The notes: generated from the letters alone by a model not told the origin. Positions 38,598 through 47,340 are shown, counted from the first letter of the stretch. The stretch: 64,000 bases of DNA from Gaiellaceae bacterium (GCA_036257855.1 DATAET010000124.1:4087-68086), one strand, 5' to 3'. Made by a program: numbers and translations.

Positions 38598-39010
38598 GTG
38601 ACCTCCGTTCCGTTGACGATCCAGCGGTGCCTCGGCCTCGCGGTGAGGGAGTTCGAGACGAAGCACCCGTGCTCCGCGCGCGCGACGAGCTCGGCCAACG
38701 CCGGAGGCTCAGGTGTCGGCGCGAGATCAACCTCCAGCCTCGTCTCGATGTCGACGAACGCGTACAGCCCGTCCTCGGCGCGTTTCGTCACGACGCCGTG
38801 TGCGCTGCCGACCCCTTTCGAGTTCAGGCCGGCACGCCGCGCCGAGTAGTCCATGCTCGCGAGCGTGCACCGAACGAGCCCCGCGAGCACGAGGTGCTCC
38901 GCCCACCATTCGACCTGGCGAGGTAGCGGACTGCCGCCGAGCGTGCTCCACGCATCGCCTGCGCGGTCGACGCTCACGTCGAACTCGAGGACACGCGGGC
39001 GAGCGGGCAT
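38594..39010 (-). CDS. OsmC/Ohr-family protein
   Basis: The 138-aa sequence has paired Cys regions (LVRCTLASM ... AEHGCFVSNSL) typical of the OsmC fold. Confidence 0.65.
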   Translation of the reverse strand: MPARPRVLEFDVSVDRAGDAWSTLGGSPLPRQVEWWAEHLVLAGLVRCTLASMDYSARRAGLNSKGVGSAHGVVTKRAEDGLYAFVDIETRLEVDLAPTPEPPALAELVARAEHGCFVSNSLTARPRHRWIVNGTEVT

Positions 39011-39063
39011 CGCCGAGCAGCCTACCCAGCACCGTCCGAATGGTGGCCTAGCCTGCGCGGGGA

Positions 39064-39252
39064 ATGGAGCGGCTCCGGACGCTCAGCGAAGCGGAGTGCT
39101 ACGAGCGCTGCTACGGGTGGCGCTACCACGAGGACACCGTGAAGGTGCTCCCCCGCTCCGGGAGCTCGGAACCGGAGCACGGGGACGTCGGCGAGCGGCT
39201 CCGCATATTGCTCGAGCTGCGCCTCGACGCACGCGAAGCCGAAGCAGCCTGA
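39064..39252 (+). CDS. small hypothetical protein (62 aa)
   Basis: MERLRTLSEAECYERCYGWRYHEDTVKVLPRSG... has G/C-rich third positions and a non-artefactual composition. Its stop lies 20 nt upstream of the mug start. Confidence 0.35.
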   Translation: MERLRTLSEAECYERCYGWRYHEDTVKVLPRSGSSEPEHGDVGERLRILLELRLDAREAEAA

Positions 39253-39272
39253 TCGACTCAGCGGTCCCGGAC

Positions 39273-39755
39273 GTGCTCGCGCCGGGCGTGCGCGTCGTTT
39301 TCTGCGGCATCAATCCCGGTCACTGGAGCGCGAGGGAGGGCGCGGCGTTCGCGAACCCGCGCAACGACTTCTGGAGGCTGCTCCACGCTGCCGGGTTCAC
39401 GCCGCGCCTCCTCGAGCCGCGCGAGCAGGACGAGCTGCTTCGGTACGGGATCGGACTGACGAATGCCGCCAAGCGGACGACACGCGGCTCGGGAGACCTG
39501 CGCGCAGGCGACTTCGCGGGCGCGCGAGAGCGGCTTGAGGAGATCGCCGCGACGCTGGCTCCGCGCGCGATTGCCTTCGTCGGCAAGGCCGCGTACCAGG
39601 GCGTGTTCCGCGAGAGGCCGGAGCACGGCCTGCAGGAACGGCGGCTCGGGGACACGGCGCTCTTCGTCCTCCCCTCGACGTCGCCCGCGAATGCGGCTGT
39701 CCCCTGGGACGAGCGGCTGCGCTGGTTCCGCGAGCTCGCGGAGCTCGTCGCATGA
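39273..39755 (+). CDS. mug: G/U mismatch-specific uracil-DNA glycosylase
   Basis: LAPGVRVVFCGINPGHWSA...GIGLTNAAKRTT...LPSTSPAN closely follows E. coli Mug (ILAPGLRVVFCGINPG). GTG 39273 is the first canonical start before the conserved block. Confidence 0.8.
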   Translation: MLAPGVRVVFCGINPGHWSAREGAAFANPRNDFWRLLHAAGFTPRLLEPREQDELLRYGIGLTNAAKRTTRGSGDLRAGDFAGARERLEEIAATLAPRAIAFVGKAAYQGVFRERPEHGLQERRLGDTALFVLPSTSPANAAVPWDERLRWFRELAELVA

Positions 39756-40229
39756 GCGGACTCAGACTAAGGGACGCGGTTCGCGCCGTCGTCGTCGATC
39801 CGGACGAGCGGGTGCTGCTCGTGCGCTTCGAGTTCCCGAACCGGACGGGCTGGGCGACGCCCGGCGGGCGGCGTCGACCCGGGTGAGACGGATGCGGACG
39901 CGCTGCGCCGCGAGCTCGAGGAGGAGGTCGGTCTGGATGCGAGCGAGCTCGGCCCGCTCGTCTGGATGCGCACCCGTCTGTTCGAGCTCGGTATCGACTG
40001 GGACGGCCAGGTCGAGCGCTACTACCTCGTCCGGGCACCTGCGTTCGAGCCCGTACCGACGCTGACCTGGGAGCAGCTGAACGCGGAGTACGTCACCGCC
40101 GCCCGCTGGTGGACGCTCGACGAGCTCGACACGTCCCAGACGCCCTTCGCTCCTCGTGATCTGCCGGCCCTCGTGCGCGAGCTCCTGCGCGAGGGGCCGC
40201 CCTCGGAACCACGCGATCTCGGCGTGTAG
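39752..40229 (+). pseudogene. Nudix hydrolase gene interrupted by a +1 frameshift (single extra base near 39869)
   Basis: Frame 1 from ATG 39752 (MSGLRLRDAVRAVVVDPDERVLLVRFEFPNRTGWATPGG) stops at TGA 39884-39886. Shifting one base at GGCGGG-C-GGCGTC restores a perfect Nudix box (GGGVDPGETDADALRRELEEEVGL) and continues to the stop at 40229. Confidence 0.7.
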
Positions 40230-40232
40230 GAG

Positions 40233-41945
40233 TCAGCCGGTCCAGCGGTTCGTGATGGGCGTCCGGCGGTCGCGGCCGAACGCCTTGGGCCGCAGCTTCA
40301 CGCCCGGCGGCGCCTGGCGGCGCTTGTACTCGGAGCGGTCGACGAGTGCGATGGCTCGCTCGACGACGTCGGGATCGAACTCGTCGACGAGCTCCTCTCT
40401 CGAGCGGTCCTTCTCGACGTATTCCTCGAGCACCGGGTCGAGAACGTCGTAGGTCGGGATCGAGTCGGAGTCCCGCTGGTCGTGACGCAGCTCGGCGCTC
40501 GGCTCCCGCTCGATCGTCGTGCGCGGGATCACTTCTCGGCCGGCGCGAGCGTTGAGGTGCTCCGCGAGCCGGTACACGTCGGTCTTGAACACATCCTTGA
40601 GCAGGGCGAACCCGCCGACCATGTCGCCGTAGAGGGTCGAGTAGCCGACTGCGAGCTCGGACTTGTTCCCGGTCGACACGACGAGCCAGCCGTTGGTGTT
40701 GGAGAGGGCCATGAGCAGAACGCCGCGGACACGTGCTTGCACGTTCTCGGCCGCGAGGCCGTCGATGCCGCCTGCGATCTCCGGCTGCAGTGCATCCCGG
40801 GAGGCGTCGACGATCGGCTCGATGGGAATCTCGCGGAACTCGCAGCCGAGCGCGCGCGAGAGCTCCCGGGCGTCCTTCCGCGTCGCCTCCGAGCTGAACC
40901 GCGACGGCATGGAGACGCCGTGGACACGCTCGGCTCCGAGTGCGTCCACGCACAAGGCTGCGGTCACCGCCGAGTCGATCCCGCCCGAAACGGCCACGAC
41001 GACGTCGGTGAAGCCGTTCTTCTCGACGTAGTCGTGGAGGCCGAGGGTCAACGCGAGGCGCATCTGCTCAAGCTCGGGCGAGAAGGGGACGACGGTGCCC
41101 TCGAGCTCCTCCCGGTGCCGGCCGGTGTCGCCGAGCTCGACGAGCTCGACGGGAGGATCCTGGTTCCGTGAGCGGCCCAGCTCGCGGCGCCGCACGTCTC
41201 GGAGGCGTCGGGCGATCGCGCCCGCCGGGTCGACGTCGACGACGAGCAGGTGCTCCTCGAAACCGGGCGCTCGAGCGACCACCTCTCCGGCGTCGTCGAG
41301 GACGACCGAGTGCCCGTCGAAGACGAGCTCGTCCTGGCCCCCGACGAGATTGCAGAACGCGAAGTAGGCGCTCGTGTCGCGTGCCCGGGTGACCAGCATC
41401 TCCTCGCGCTCCTCGGCCTTGCCGACGTGGAAAGGCGAAGCCGAGAGGTTGACGAGGAGCTCCGCGCCCGCGAGGGCCAGATCCGTCGCCGGCGGCCCGG
41501 GCTGCCACACGTCCTCGCAGATCGTGATCCCGACCGAGATGCCGCCGATGCGGATGACCACGAGGTTGCGTCCCTCCGCGAAGTAGCGGTGCTCGTCGAA
41601 GACTCCGTAGTTCGGGAGGAAGTGCTTGCGATAGACGGCGCGCACCCCGCCGTCCGCGCAGACGGCGCACGCGTTCGCGAGGTCGCGATCGAACCAAGGG
41701 GTGCCGACGAGCGCGACCAGCCCCTCGCATTCGACGGCGATGGCGTCCAGCGACTCGCGTGCCGCGCGGACGAACCCGGGGCGGAGGAGGAGATCTTCGG
41801 GTGGGTAACCGGTCGTGGCCAGCTCGGGGAAGACGACGAGATCCGCCGCGGCCTCGCTGGCCTCCGCGAGGGCTCCGAGGATGCGCTCGCGGTTGCCGTC
41901 GAGGTCGCCGACGACGGTGTTCAGCTGCGCGAGAGCGAGCCTCAC
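40233..41945 (-). CDS. nadE: glutamine-dependent NAD+ synthetase
   Basis: The 570-aa sequence has an N-terminal nitrilase/CN-hydrolase domain (VFPELATTGYPPEDL, ICEDVW). It is followed by a synthetase domain with a PP-loop (VAVSGGIDSAV). Confidence 0.9.
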   Translation of the reverse strand: MRLALAQLNTVVGDLDGNRERILGALAEASEAAADLVVFPELATTGYPPEDLLLRPGFVRAARESLDAIAVECEGLVALVGTPWFDRDLANACAVCADGGVRAVYRKHFLPNYGVFDEHRYFAEGRNLVVIRIGGISVGITICEDVWQPGPPATDLALAGAELLVNLSASPFHVGKAEEREEMLVTRARDTSAYFAFCNLVGGQDELVFDGHSVVLDDAGEVVARAPGFEEHLLVVDVDPAGAIARRLRDVRRRELGRSRNQDPPVELVELGDTGRHREELEGTVVPFSPELEQMRLALTLGLHDYVEKNGFTDVVVAVSGGIDSAVTAALCVDALGAERVHGVSMPSRFSSEATRKDARELSRALGCEFREIPIEPIVDASRDALQPEIAGGIDGLAAENVQARVRGVLLMALSNTNGWLVVSTGNKSELAVGYSTLYGDMVGGFALLKDVFKTDVYRLAEHLNARAGREVIPRTTIEREPSAELRHDQRDSDSIPTYDVLDPVLEEYVEKDRSREELVDEFDPDVVERAIALVDRSEYKRRQAPPGVKLRPKAFGRDRRTPITNRWTG

Positions 41946-42000
41946 TCGAGTTTTAGACTCAGAGTCACAAACCTCAGTCTAACGAGTAGGCTCCGCGTCG

Positions 42001-42669
42001 ATGGAGATCACGCTCCCGCGCCGGTACCGGGGCCCGCGCACGTCGGCGAACGGAGGCTACGCGTGTGGACGGCTCGCGGCGTTCGTCGACGCCGACGAGG
42101 TCGAGGTGACGCTCCGGCTCCCGCCTCCGCTCGATCGTCCGCTCGAGGTCGTGCGGGAGGAAGGGGTCGCACGGCTGTTCGACGGCGCCGCGATCGTGGC
42201 GGAGGCGCGGCCTGCGGCGGTCCAGGTCGATCTGCCTGCGCCGGTCCCGCGCCGGGAGGCGGAGCTCGCGCAGGACCGACACGTTCGAAGCTGGAGCTCG
42301 GAGTTCGGCGACTGCTTCGTCTGCGGCGTTCGCGAGGACGGCCTCGAGATCCGGGTAGGCCCGGTCGCGGGGCGCGAGCCCCTGCACGCCGCCCCGATCG
42401 TTCTCGACGAGCCGGCGCCCGAGATCGTGTGGGCGGCGATCGACTGTCCGGGCGCGTTCGCGGTGGGCGCCGAGGGGCGCGGCGACATCGTCCTCGGGCG
42501 CATGACGGCGCGTGTCGAGCGGGTGCCCGAGTCCGCCGAGGATTGTGTCGTCGTATCCTGGCCGCTCGGCGCGGACGGGCGGAAGCTGTACGCGGGGACG
42601 GCGCTCTTCGCCGGCGACGGTGAGCTCTTGGCGCTCGCGACGCAAGTCTGGATCGAGCCGAAGAACTAG
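42001..42669 (+). CDS. hypothetical protein (possibly hotdog-fold thioesterase-like)
   Basis: The 222-aa sequence has protein-like composition. The assignment rests only on weak resemblance (GGYACGRLAAFV, GDCFVCG). Its stop overlaps the convergent gene stop in CTAG. Confidence 0.4.
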   Translation: MEITLPRRYRGPRTSANGGYACGRLAAFVDADEVEVTLRLPPPLDRPLEVVREEGVARLFDGAAIVAEARPAAVQVDLPAPVPRREAELAQDRHVRSWSSEFGDCFVCGVREDGLEIRVGPVAGREPLHAAPIVLDEPAPEIVWAAIDCPGAFAVGAEGRGDIVLGRMTARVERVPESAEDCVVVSWPLGADGRKLYAGTALFAGDGELLALATQVWIEPKN

Positions 42670-43100
42670 CGAGGCGTCAGCGCCAGCAGCAAGCCACCGT
42701 CGTCGTCGTACGCGGGGAAGAAGTCGACGACGACACGCTTCTCGATGCCGGCACTCGTGCGGATCTCGAGCTCTTGTCCGAGCTTCCTCACGCCCCACTC
42801 GCGGACGACGTCGATGGGGGCGACGTCCGACAACCCGAGCGCCTCGCCCACCTTCCGGCCGATGAGGTCCGCGTCGCGGTACCCGGTGAGCTCGAAGACG
42901 CCGCGGCCCGCCGCGAGCACGCGGGCATCCTGGTCGCAGACGACGAAGCCGGTCTCGGGAGCCGGGTAGTAGTCCTCGAGCAGCTCGTACAGGAAACCGA
43001 AGCCGCAGCTCCGGCACTGCACCGCCTGCGACGAAAAGCCCTCGAAGCCGTCGAGGTCGATCGAGCGCTCCTTGCAGTTGGGGCAGATGAAGAACGGCAC
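42666..43100 (-). CDS. small zinc-ribbon + PAS-like domain protein
   Basis: GTG 43100 (MPFFICPNCKERSIDLDGFEGFSSQAVQCRSCGF) gives a CPNC...CRSC ribbon. The following ~100 aa look PAS-like (VVCDQDARVLAAGRGVFELTGYRDADLIGRKV...). Confidence 0.5.
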   Translation of the reverse strand: MPFFICPNCKERSIDLDGFEGFSSQAVQCRSCGFGFLYELLEDYYPAPETGFVVCDQDARVLAAGRGVFELTGYRDADLIGRKVGEALGLSDVAPIDVVREWGVRKLGQELEIRTSAGIEKRVVVDFFPAYDDDGGLLLALTPR

Positions 43101-43147
43101 GCCGCCGCAGGGTAGGGCATGCGGCCGTTCACGCTGCGTTACGCGGC

Positions 43148-43909
43148 TCAGCGTCGCAGACGGATTGCGTTCAGGTCGTTCGCCGTGATCTCGTCGGCTC
43201 TCCGGATGAGATCCTCGATGTCGTCGTGCTCGGCGTGCAGGTAGCGGCCGGCGAGCGAGTCGGCGCGCCCCGACGCGAGGACGCGGACGAGCCTCGGCGC
43301 GAGCTCGGGTGGGGTCCACGGCGCGTCGTCTCCGAGCTCGTCGGTCATGTCCGTCCGCACGAGCCCCGGGCTGAAGAAGAACACCGGAATGCGCCCCGCG
43401 AGCTCGTTGGCGAGCGTCTCGCCGTAACGGCAGACGGCGGCCTTGCTCGTCGGGTACGCGGTGTGTCGCGACCCGGGGAGGTAGGCGGCGCCGCTGCCCG
43501 TGATCACGATGCGGCCGCGGCCGCGCTCGAGCATGCCCGGGATCACGGACCGGGACAAGAGGTGCACGCCGAGCACGTTGACCTCGACCACGTGCCACCA
43601 GGCGTCGACCGGAATCTCCCAGGTGGCGCCTTCCTGGTTGCCGATGCCCGCGTTCGCGGCGAGGAGGTCGATCGGCCCGAGCTCCTCCTCGGTGCTGCTC
43701 ACCCAGTGTTCGACGTCGCCGGCGCGGCTCACGTCTCCGACGAGCGCGAGGCCTCCGATCTCGCCGGCGACGGCCTCGACCTGGTGGGCCGTGCGCCCGG
43801 TCACGGCGACCCGCATCCCGGCCTCGGCAAGCTCGCGCGCAATCGACGCGCCGATACCGCGCCCGCCGCCGGTCACGAGAGCGACGCCGTCGAGCCGGTC
43901 AGATGGCAC
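43148..43909 (-). CDS. SDR-family oxidoreductase
   Basis: The sequence has VTGGGRGIGASIA (TGxxxGxG), NAGIG and a YxxxK motif (YPTSKAAV). The GTG 43909 start has an 11-nt overlap with the upstream synthetase. Confidence 0.8.
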   Translation of the reverse strand: MPSDRLDGVALVTGGGRGIGASIARELAEAGMRVAVTGRTAHQVEAVAGEIGGLALVGDVSRAGDVEHWVSSTEEELGPIDLLAANAGIGNQEGATWEIPVDAWWHVVEVNVLGVHLLSRSVIPGMLERGRGRIVITGSGAAYLPGSRHTAYPTSKAAVCRYGETLANELAGRIPVFFFSPGLVRTDMTDELGDDAPWTPPELAPRLVRVLASGRADSLAGRYLHAEHDDIEDLIRRADEITANDLNAIRLRR

Positions 43910-45839
43910 GGGCGATCTCCTCGAGCGCCTCCGGGTTCTCGAGCGTCGACAGATCGCCGGGATCCTGCCCGAGTGCACGGGCGCGAACCGCCCGCCTCAC
44001 GACCTTCGCGCTCCGGGTCTTGGGCAATGCCGACACGAAGATCACGCGATCGGGAGCGAATGCCTTCCCGAGCTCGTGCGACACGGCGTCGGCGACCTCT
44101 TCCGCCGACACGTCGGCGCCCGGAGCGAGGACGCAGTAGAGCCATGCGACCTCCCCCTTGACCTCGTGCGGCACGCCGATCGCGGCCGCCTCGACGACCC
44201 CTGGGTGTCCGACGGCAGCCGATTCGAGTTCCGCCGGTCCGATGCGCTTGCCGGCGATGTTGAGCGTGTCGTCCGAGCGGCCGTGGAGGAACCAGTAGCC
44301 GTCCTCGTCGACCGACGCCCAGTCCCCGTGCGTCCATACGCCCGGAAACCGACGCCAGTACGTCTCGAGGTAGCGCTCGCGGTCGCCCCAGATCCCGCGG
44401 GTCATTCCCGGCCACGCGCGCTTGCAGACGAGCTCTCCGACCTCGCCGCGGACGGAGCGGCCGTGGTCGTCGAAGACGTCCACGTCCTCGGCCAGGGCCG
44501 GGAATCCGACCGAGCACGGCTTCGTGGGTCGCAGCAGCGTGACGGACAGGAAGCACGCTCCGACCTCGGTGCCACCGGAGCAATTCACGATCGGGATGCG
44601 ACCCCTGCCGCAGACGTGCTCGTCGAGCCAGTCGTACGGGGCGCGGTTCCAAGGCTCGCCCGTCGTGACGACCGATCGGAGCGTCGAGAAGTCCTCGTCG
44701 GGCTCGCCGTGCGGGATGAGCGCGCGGACGAGCGTCGGGGAGACGCCGAGCATCGTGACGCGCTCGTCCTCGACGATCCCCCAGACGCGGTCGAACGGTC
44801 GGTCCGGGGCGCCCTCCATGAAGACGACGGTCGCGCCGCAGGCCATCGCGCCGACCACCGTCCACGGCCCCATGATCCAGCCCATGTCCGTCGCGAAAAG
44901 GACGCGGTCGCCCGCACGCAGGTCTGCCTGGTACGCGGTCTCGCGGACGATCGAGAGCAGGAATCCACCCTGGACGTGGAGCGCCCCCTTCGGGCGGCCG
45001 GTCGTCCCGGACGTGTAGGCGACAAGATACGGCGCCTCGCTGTCGACGTCGACCGGCTCGAGCGTCCCCGGTTTCCCGGCGACCGCGTCGTGCCACCAGA
45101 GGTCGCGATCGAGAGTCATCGGGCACTGCGTGCCAGCTCGCTGCCAGACCAGTACGCGCGTCACGCTCGGCGCGTCGGCGAGTGCCTCGTCGAGGATTTG
45201 CTTCATCGGGACGAGCCTCCCTCGCCGGTACGAGGCGTCCGCGCAGATCACGAGCTTAACGCCGGCGTCTGCGAGTCGGGCCGACACCGCGGGCGCTGCG
45301 AAGCCGGAGAAAATCGGCACCTGCACCGCCCCGACGTGCGCGCACGCATGCGAGGCGATCGCGGCCTCCGGCGCCATGGGCAGGAACGTGCCGACGACAT
45401 CGCCCTCGCCGATGCCGAGCTCTCGAAGCACTTCGGCGAGCCGCCGTACCTCACGCGAGAGCTCCGCCCACGTCAGCGAGCGTCGATCGCCGTCCTCGGG
45501 CGTCCACACCACCGCCTCGCCGCTCGGTGCCTTTTGCGCCCAGCGGTGGACGCACGCTTCGGCGACGTTGAGCCGCGCGCCGAGGAACCAGGTCGTCCAC
45601 TCGATCCCCTCGGAATCGTCGAGGACGTGGTCCCAAGGTCGTGCGAGCGGGACCCCGAGGTCGTTCACGACCGTGCGCCAGAACAGGTCGGGCTCCTCGA
45701 TCGACAGCCGGTGGAGGTCGTCGTAGGTCGCGCAGCCGAGCCGGCCGGCGAGCCTGGCGACGTTCGCGGACTTGAGCTGGTCGGTCGACGGTGTCCACGT
45801 GAAGTCACCCGAAGCGCTCTGGCTAGTCTCTGGGTGCAT
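43899..45839 (-). CDS. AMP-forming acyl-CoA synthetase (acetoacetyl-/acetyl-CoA synthetase-like paralogue)
   Basis: The start is ATG 45839 (MHPETSQSASGDFTWTPS...). Motifs are YTSGTTGRPKG, GGTEVG, DGYWFLHGRSDDTLNIAGKRIG and KTRSAKVVRR. Confidence 0.8.
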   Translation of the reverse strand: MHPETSQSASGDFTWTPSTDQLKSANVARLAGRLGCATYDDLHRLSIEEPDLFWRTVVNDLGVPLARPWDHVLDDSEGIEWTTWFLGARLNVAEACVHRWAQKAPSGEAVVWTPEDGDRRSLTWAELSREVRRLAEVLRELGIGEGDVVGTFLPMAPEAAIASHACAHVGAVQVPIFSGFAAPAVSARLADAGVKLVICADASYRRGRLVPMKQILDEALADAPSVTRVLVWQRAGTQCPMTLDRDLWWHDAVAGKPGTLEPVDVDSEAPYLVAYTSGTTGRPKGALHVQGGFLLSIVRETAYQADLRAGDRVLFATDMGWIMGPWTVVGAMACGATVVFMEGAPDRPFDRVWGIVEDERVTMLGVSPTLVRALIPHGEPDEDFSTLRSVVTTGEPWNRAPYDWLDEHVCGRGRIPIVNCSGGTEVGACFLSVTLLRPTKPCSVGFPALAEDVDVFDDHGRSVRGEVGELVCKRAWPGMTRGIWGDRERYLETYWRRFPGVWTHGDWASVDEDGYWFLHGRSDDTLNIAGKRIGPAELESAAVGHPGVVEAAAIGVPHEVKGEVAWLYCVLAPGADVSAEEVADAVSHELGKAFAPDRVIFVSALPKTRSAKVVRRAVRARALGQDPGDLSTLENPEALEEIARAI

Positions 45840-47271
45840 GCGGGCTCGGATCTTCGCAGAGGAGAATCGCAAGTGGCTGACGCTCGCAGCCGTGTCGTTC
45901 GGGCTCTTCATGATCATGCTCGACAACACCGTCGTGAACGTCGCGCTGCCCTCGATCCAGCGCGATCTCGGCGCCGATCTCTCGGAGCTCGAGTGGATCG
46001 TGACCGGTTATGCGCTGACGTTCGCGTCGCTCATGCTCGTCGGCGGCAAGGTCGCCGACGCGTACGGGCGACGCCTGATCTTCGTGGTCGGGATCGTCGT
46101 CTTCACCATCGCGTCGCTCATGTGCGGGCTCGCGAGCTCGTCCGAGATGCTCATCGGCTCGCGCGTCCTCCAGGGCGCGGGAGCGGCGCTCATGAACCCC
46201 GCGACCCTCTCGATCATCGCCGCCACCTTCCCGCCGCGCGAGCGTGGAACCGCCATCGGAATCTGGGCGGGGACCTCCGCTCTGGCGCTCGCCATCGGCC
46301 CGCTCGTCGGCGGGCTGATCACCGAGCACCTCGACTGGAGCTGGATCTTCTTCGTGAACGTCCCGATCGGGGTCCTCGGCATCGCGGCCTCGTTCGCGTT
46401 CATCGACGAGTCGCGCGACGAGACGCACGCGAGCCTCGACCTCCCGGGTCTCGTGACCTCCGCGGTCGGCCTGTTCGCGCTCACGTACGGCCTCATCGAG
46501 GCGAACACGTACGGGTGGACGTCGGCGCGCATCGTCGGTTCGTTCGCGCTCGCCGTGATCGCCCTCGGCGCCTTCGTCGTCATCGAGCGCCGGCGTCGCG
46601 AACCCATGCTCCCGCTCGACCTCTTCCGCAGCGGCACGTACACGGGCGCGAACCTCGTGGTGCTCCTCGTCGCGCTCGCGATGTTCGGCGTCTTCTTCTT
46701 CGTCTCGCTCTACATGCAGAACATCCTCGGCTACTCGGCCGTGCAGGCCGGCGCCGCGTTCCTGCCGATGACCATCCTCATCATCCTGGTCGCGCCGATC
46801 GCAGGCAGGGCGAGCGACCGGATCGGCTCGCGCGGGCTCATGACCGCGGGAATGTCCCTGCTCGCCCTCCAGCTCGTCCTCTTCTCGCAGCTGGGGATCG
46901 ACGCGTCGTTCTGGAATCTTCTGCCGGCGCTCCTCATCGGCGGCGTCGGCATGTCGCTCACGATGACCCCGAGCGCCGCGGCCGCGACGAGAGGCGTTCC
47001 GGTCGACAAGGCCGGCGTCGGGTCGGCGGTGCTGAACAGCGCACGCCAGGTCGGCGGCACGATGGGGGTCGCGCTGATGGGGGCTATCGTCGCCGCGGAA
47101 GCCGGCGGCGAGCGGACGCCGGAGGCGTTCATGCGCGGATTCGAACGCGCCCTCCTCGTGGCCGCCGCCATCGCGGCCCTCGGCGCCGTCGTCGCCTGGG
47201 TCCTCGTCCGCCCGCACGAGGAAGCGGGCCGCCGACCCCAACGCACGGCGGCCGAGCCCGTAGCGAAGTAA
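45838..47271 (+). CDS. MFS transporter, DHA2 (EmrB/QacA, 14-TMS) family
   Basis: The start is ATG 45838 (MRARIFAEENRKWLTLAAVSFGLFMIMLDNTVVNVALPSIQRDLG). This is the characteristic DHA2 N-terminus, and there are many TM segments. Confidence 0.85.
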   Translation: MRARIFAEENRKWLTLAAVSFGLFMIMLDNTVVNVALPSIQRDLGADLSELEWIVTGYALTFASLMLVGGKVADAYGRRLIFVVGIVVFTIASLMCGLASSSEMLIGSRVLQGAGAALMNPATLSIIAATFPPRERGTAIGIWAGTSALALAIGPLVGGLITEHLDWSWIFFVNVPIGVLGIAASFAFIDESRDETHASLDLPGLVTSAVGLFALTYGLIEANTYGWTSARIVGSFALAVIALGAFVVIERRRREPMLPLDLFRSGTYTGANLVVLLVALAMFGVFFFVSLYMQNILGYSAVQAGAAFLPMTILIILVAPIAGRASDRIGSRGLMTAGMSLLALQLVLFSQLGIDASFWNLLPALLIGGVGMSLTMTPSAAAATRGVPVDKAGVGSAVLNSARQVGGTMGVALMGAIVAAEAGGERTPEAFMRGFERALLVAAAIAALGAVVAWVLVRPHEEAGRRPQRTAAEPVAK

Positions 47272-47340
47272 CGCCGATCAGCCTCAGCGCCTGAGGGCCG
47301 AAGGCGGTTCACTCCGCCGTAGGCCAGCGGCGGCGTGTCT

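Noticed and set aside
43500-47294. 1264-aa plus-strand ORF spanning the SDR, the synthetase (antisense) and the MFS gene in another frame.
   Set aside because: It is an R/P/D-rich artefact. The real genes here are 43148..43909(-), 43899..45839(-) and 45838..47271(+), all with family motifs.
47282-47318. Hairpins CCTCAG-CGC-CTGAGG and GGCGG-TTCACT-CCGCC after the MFS stop; the second resembles a tRNA T-arm.
   Set aside because: The second hairpin has a 6-nt loop and there is no acceptor, D or anticodon arm around it. These are more likely simple 3' stem-loops of the MFS transcript.
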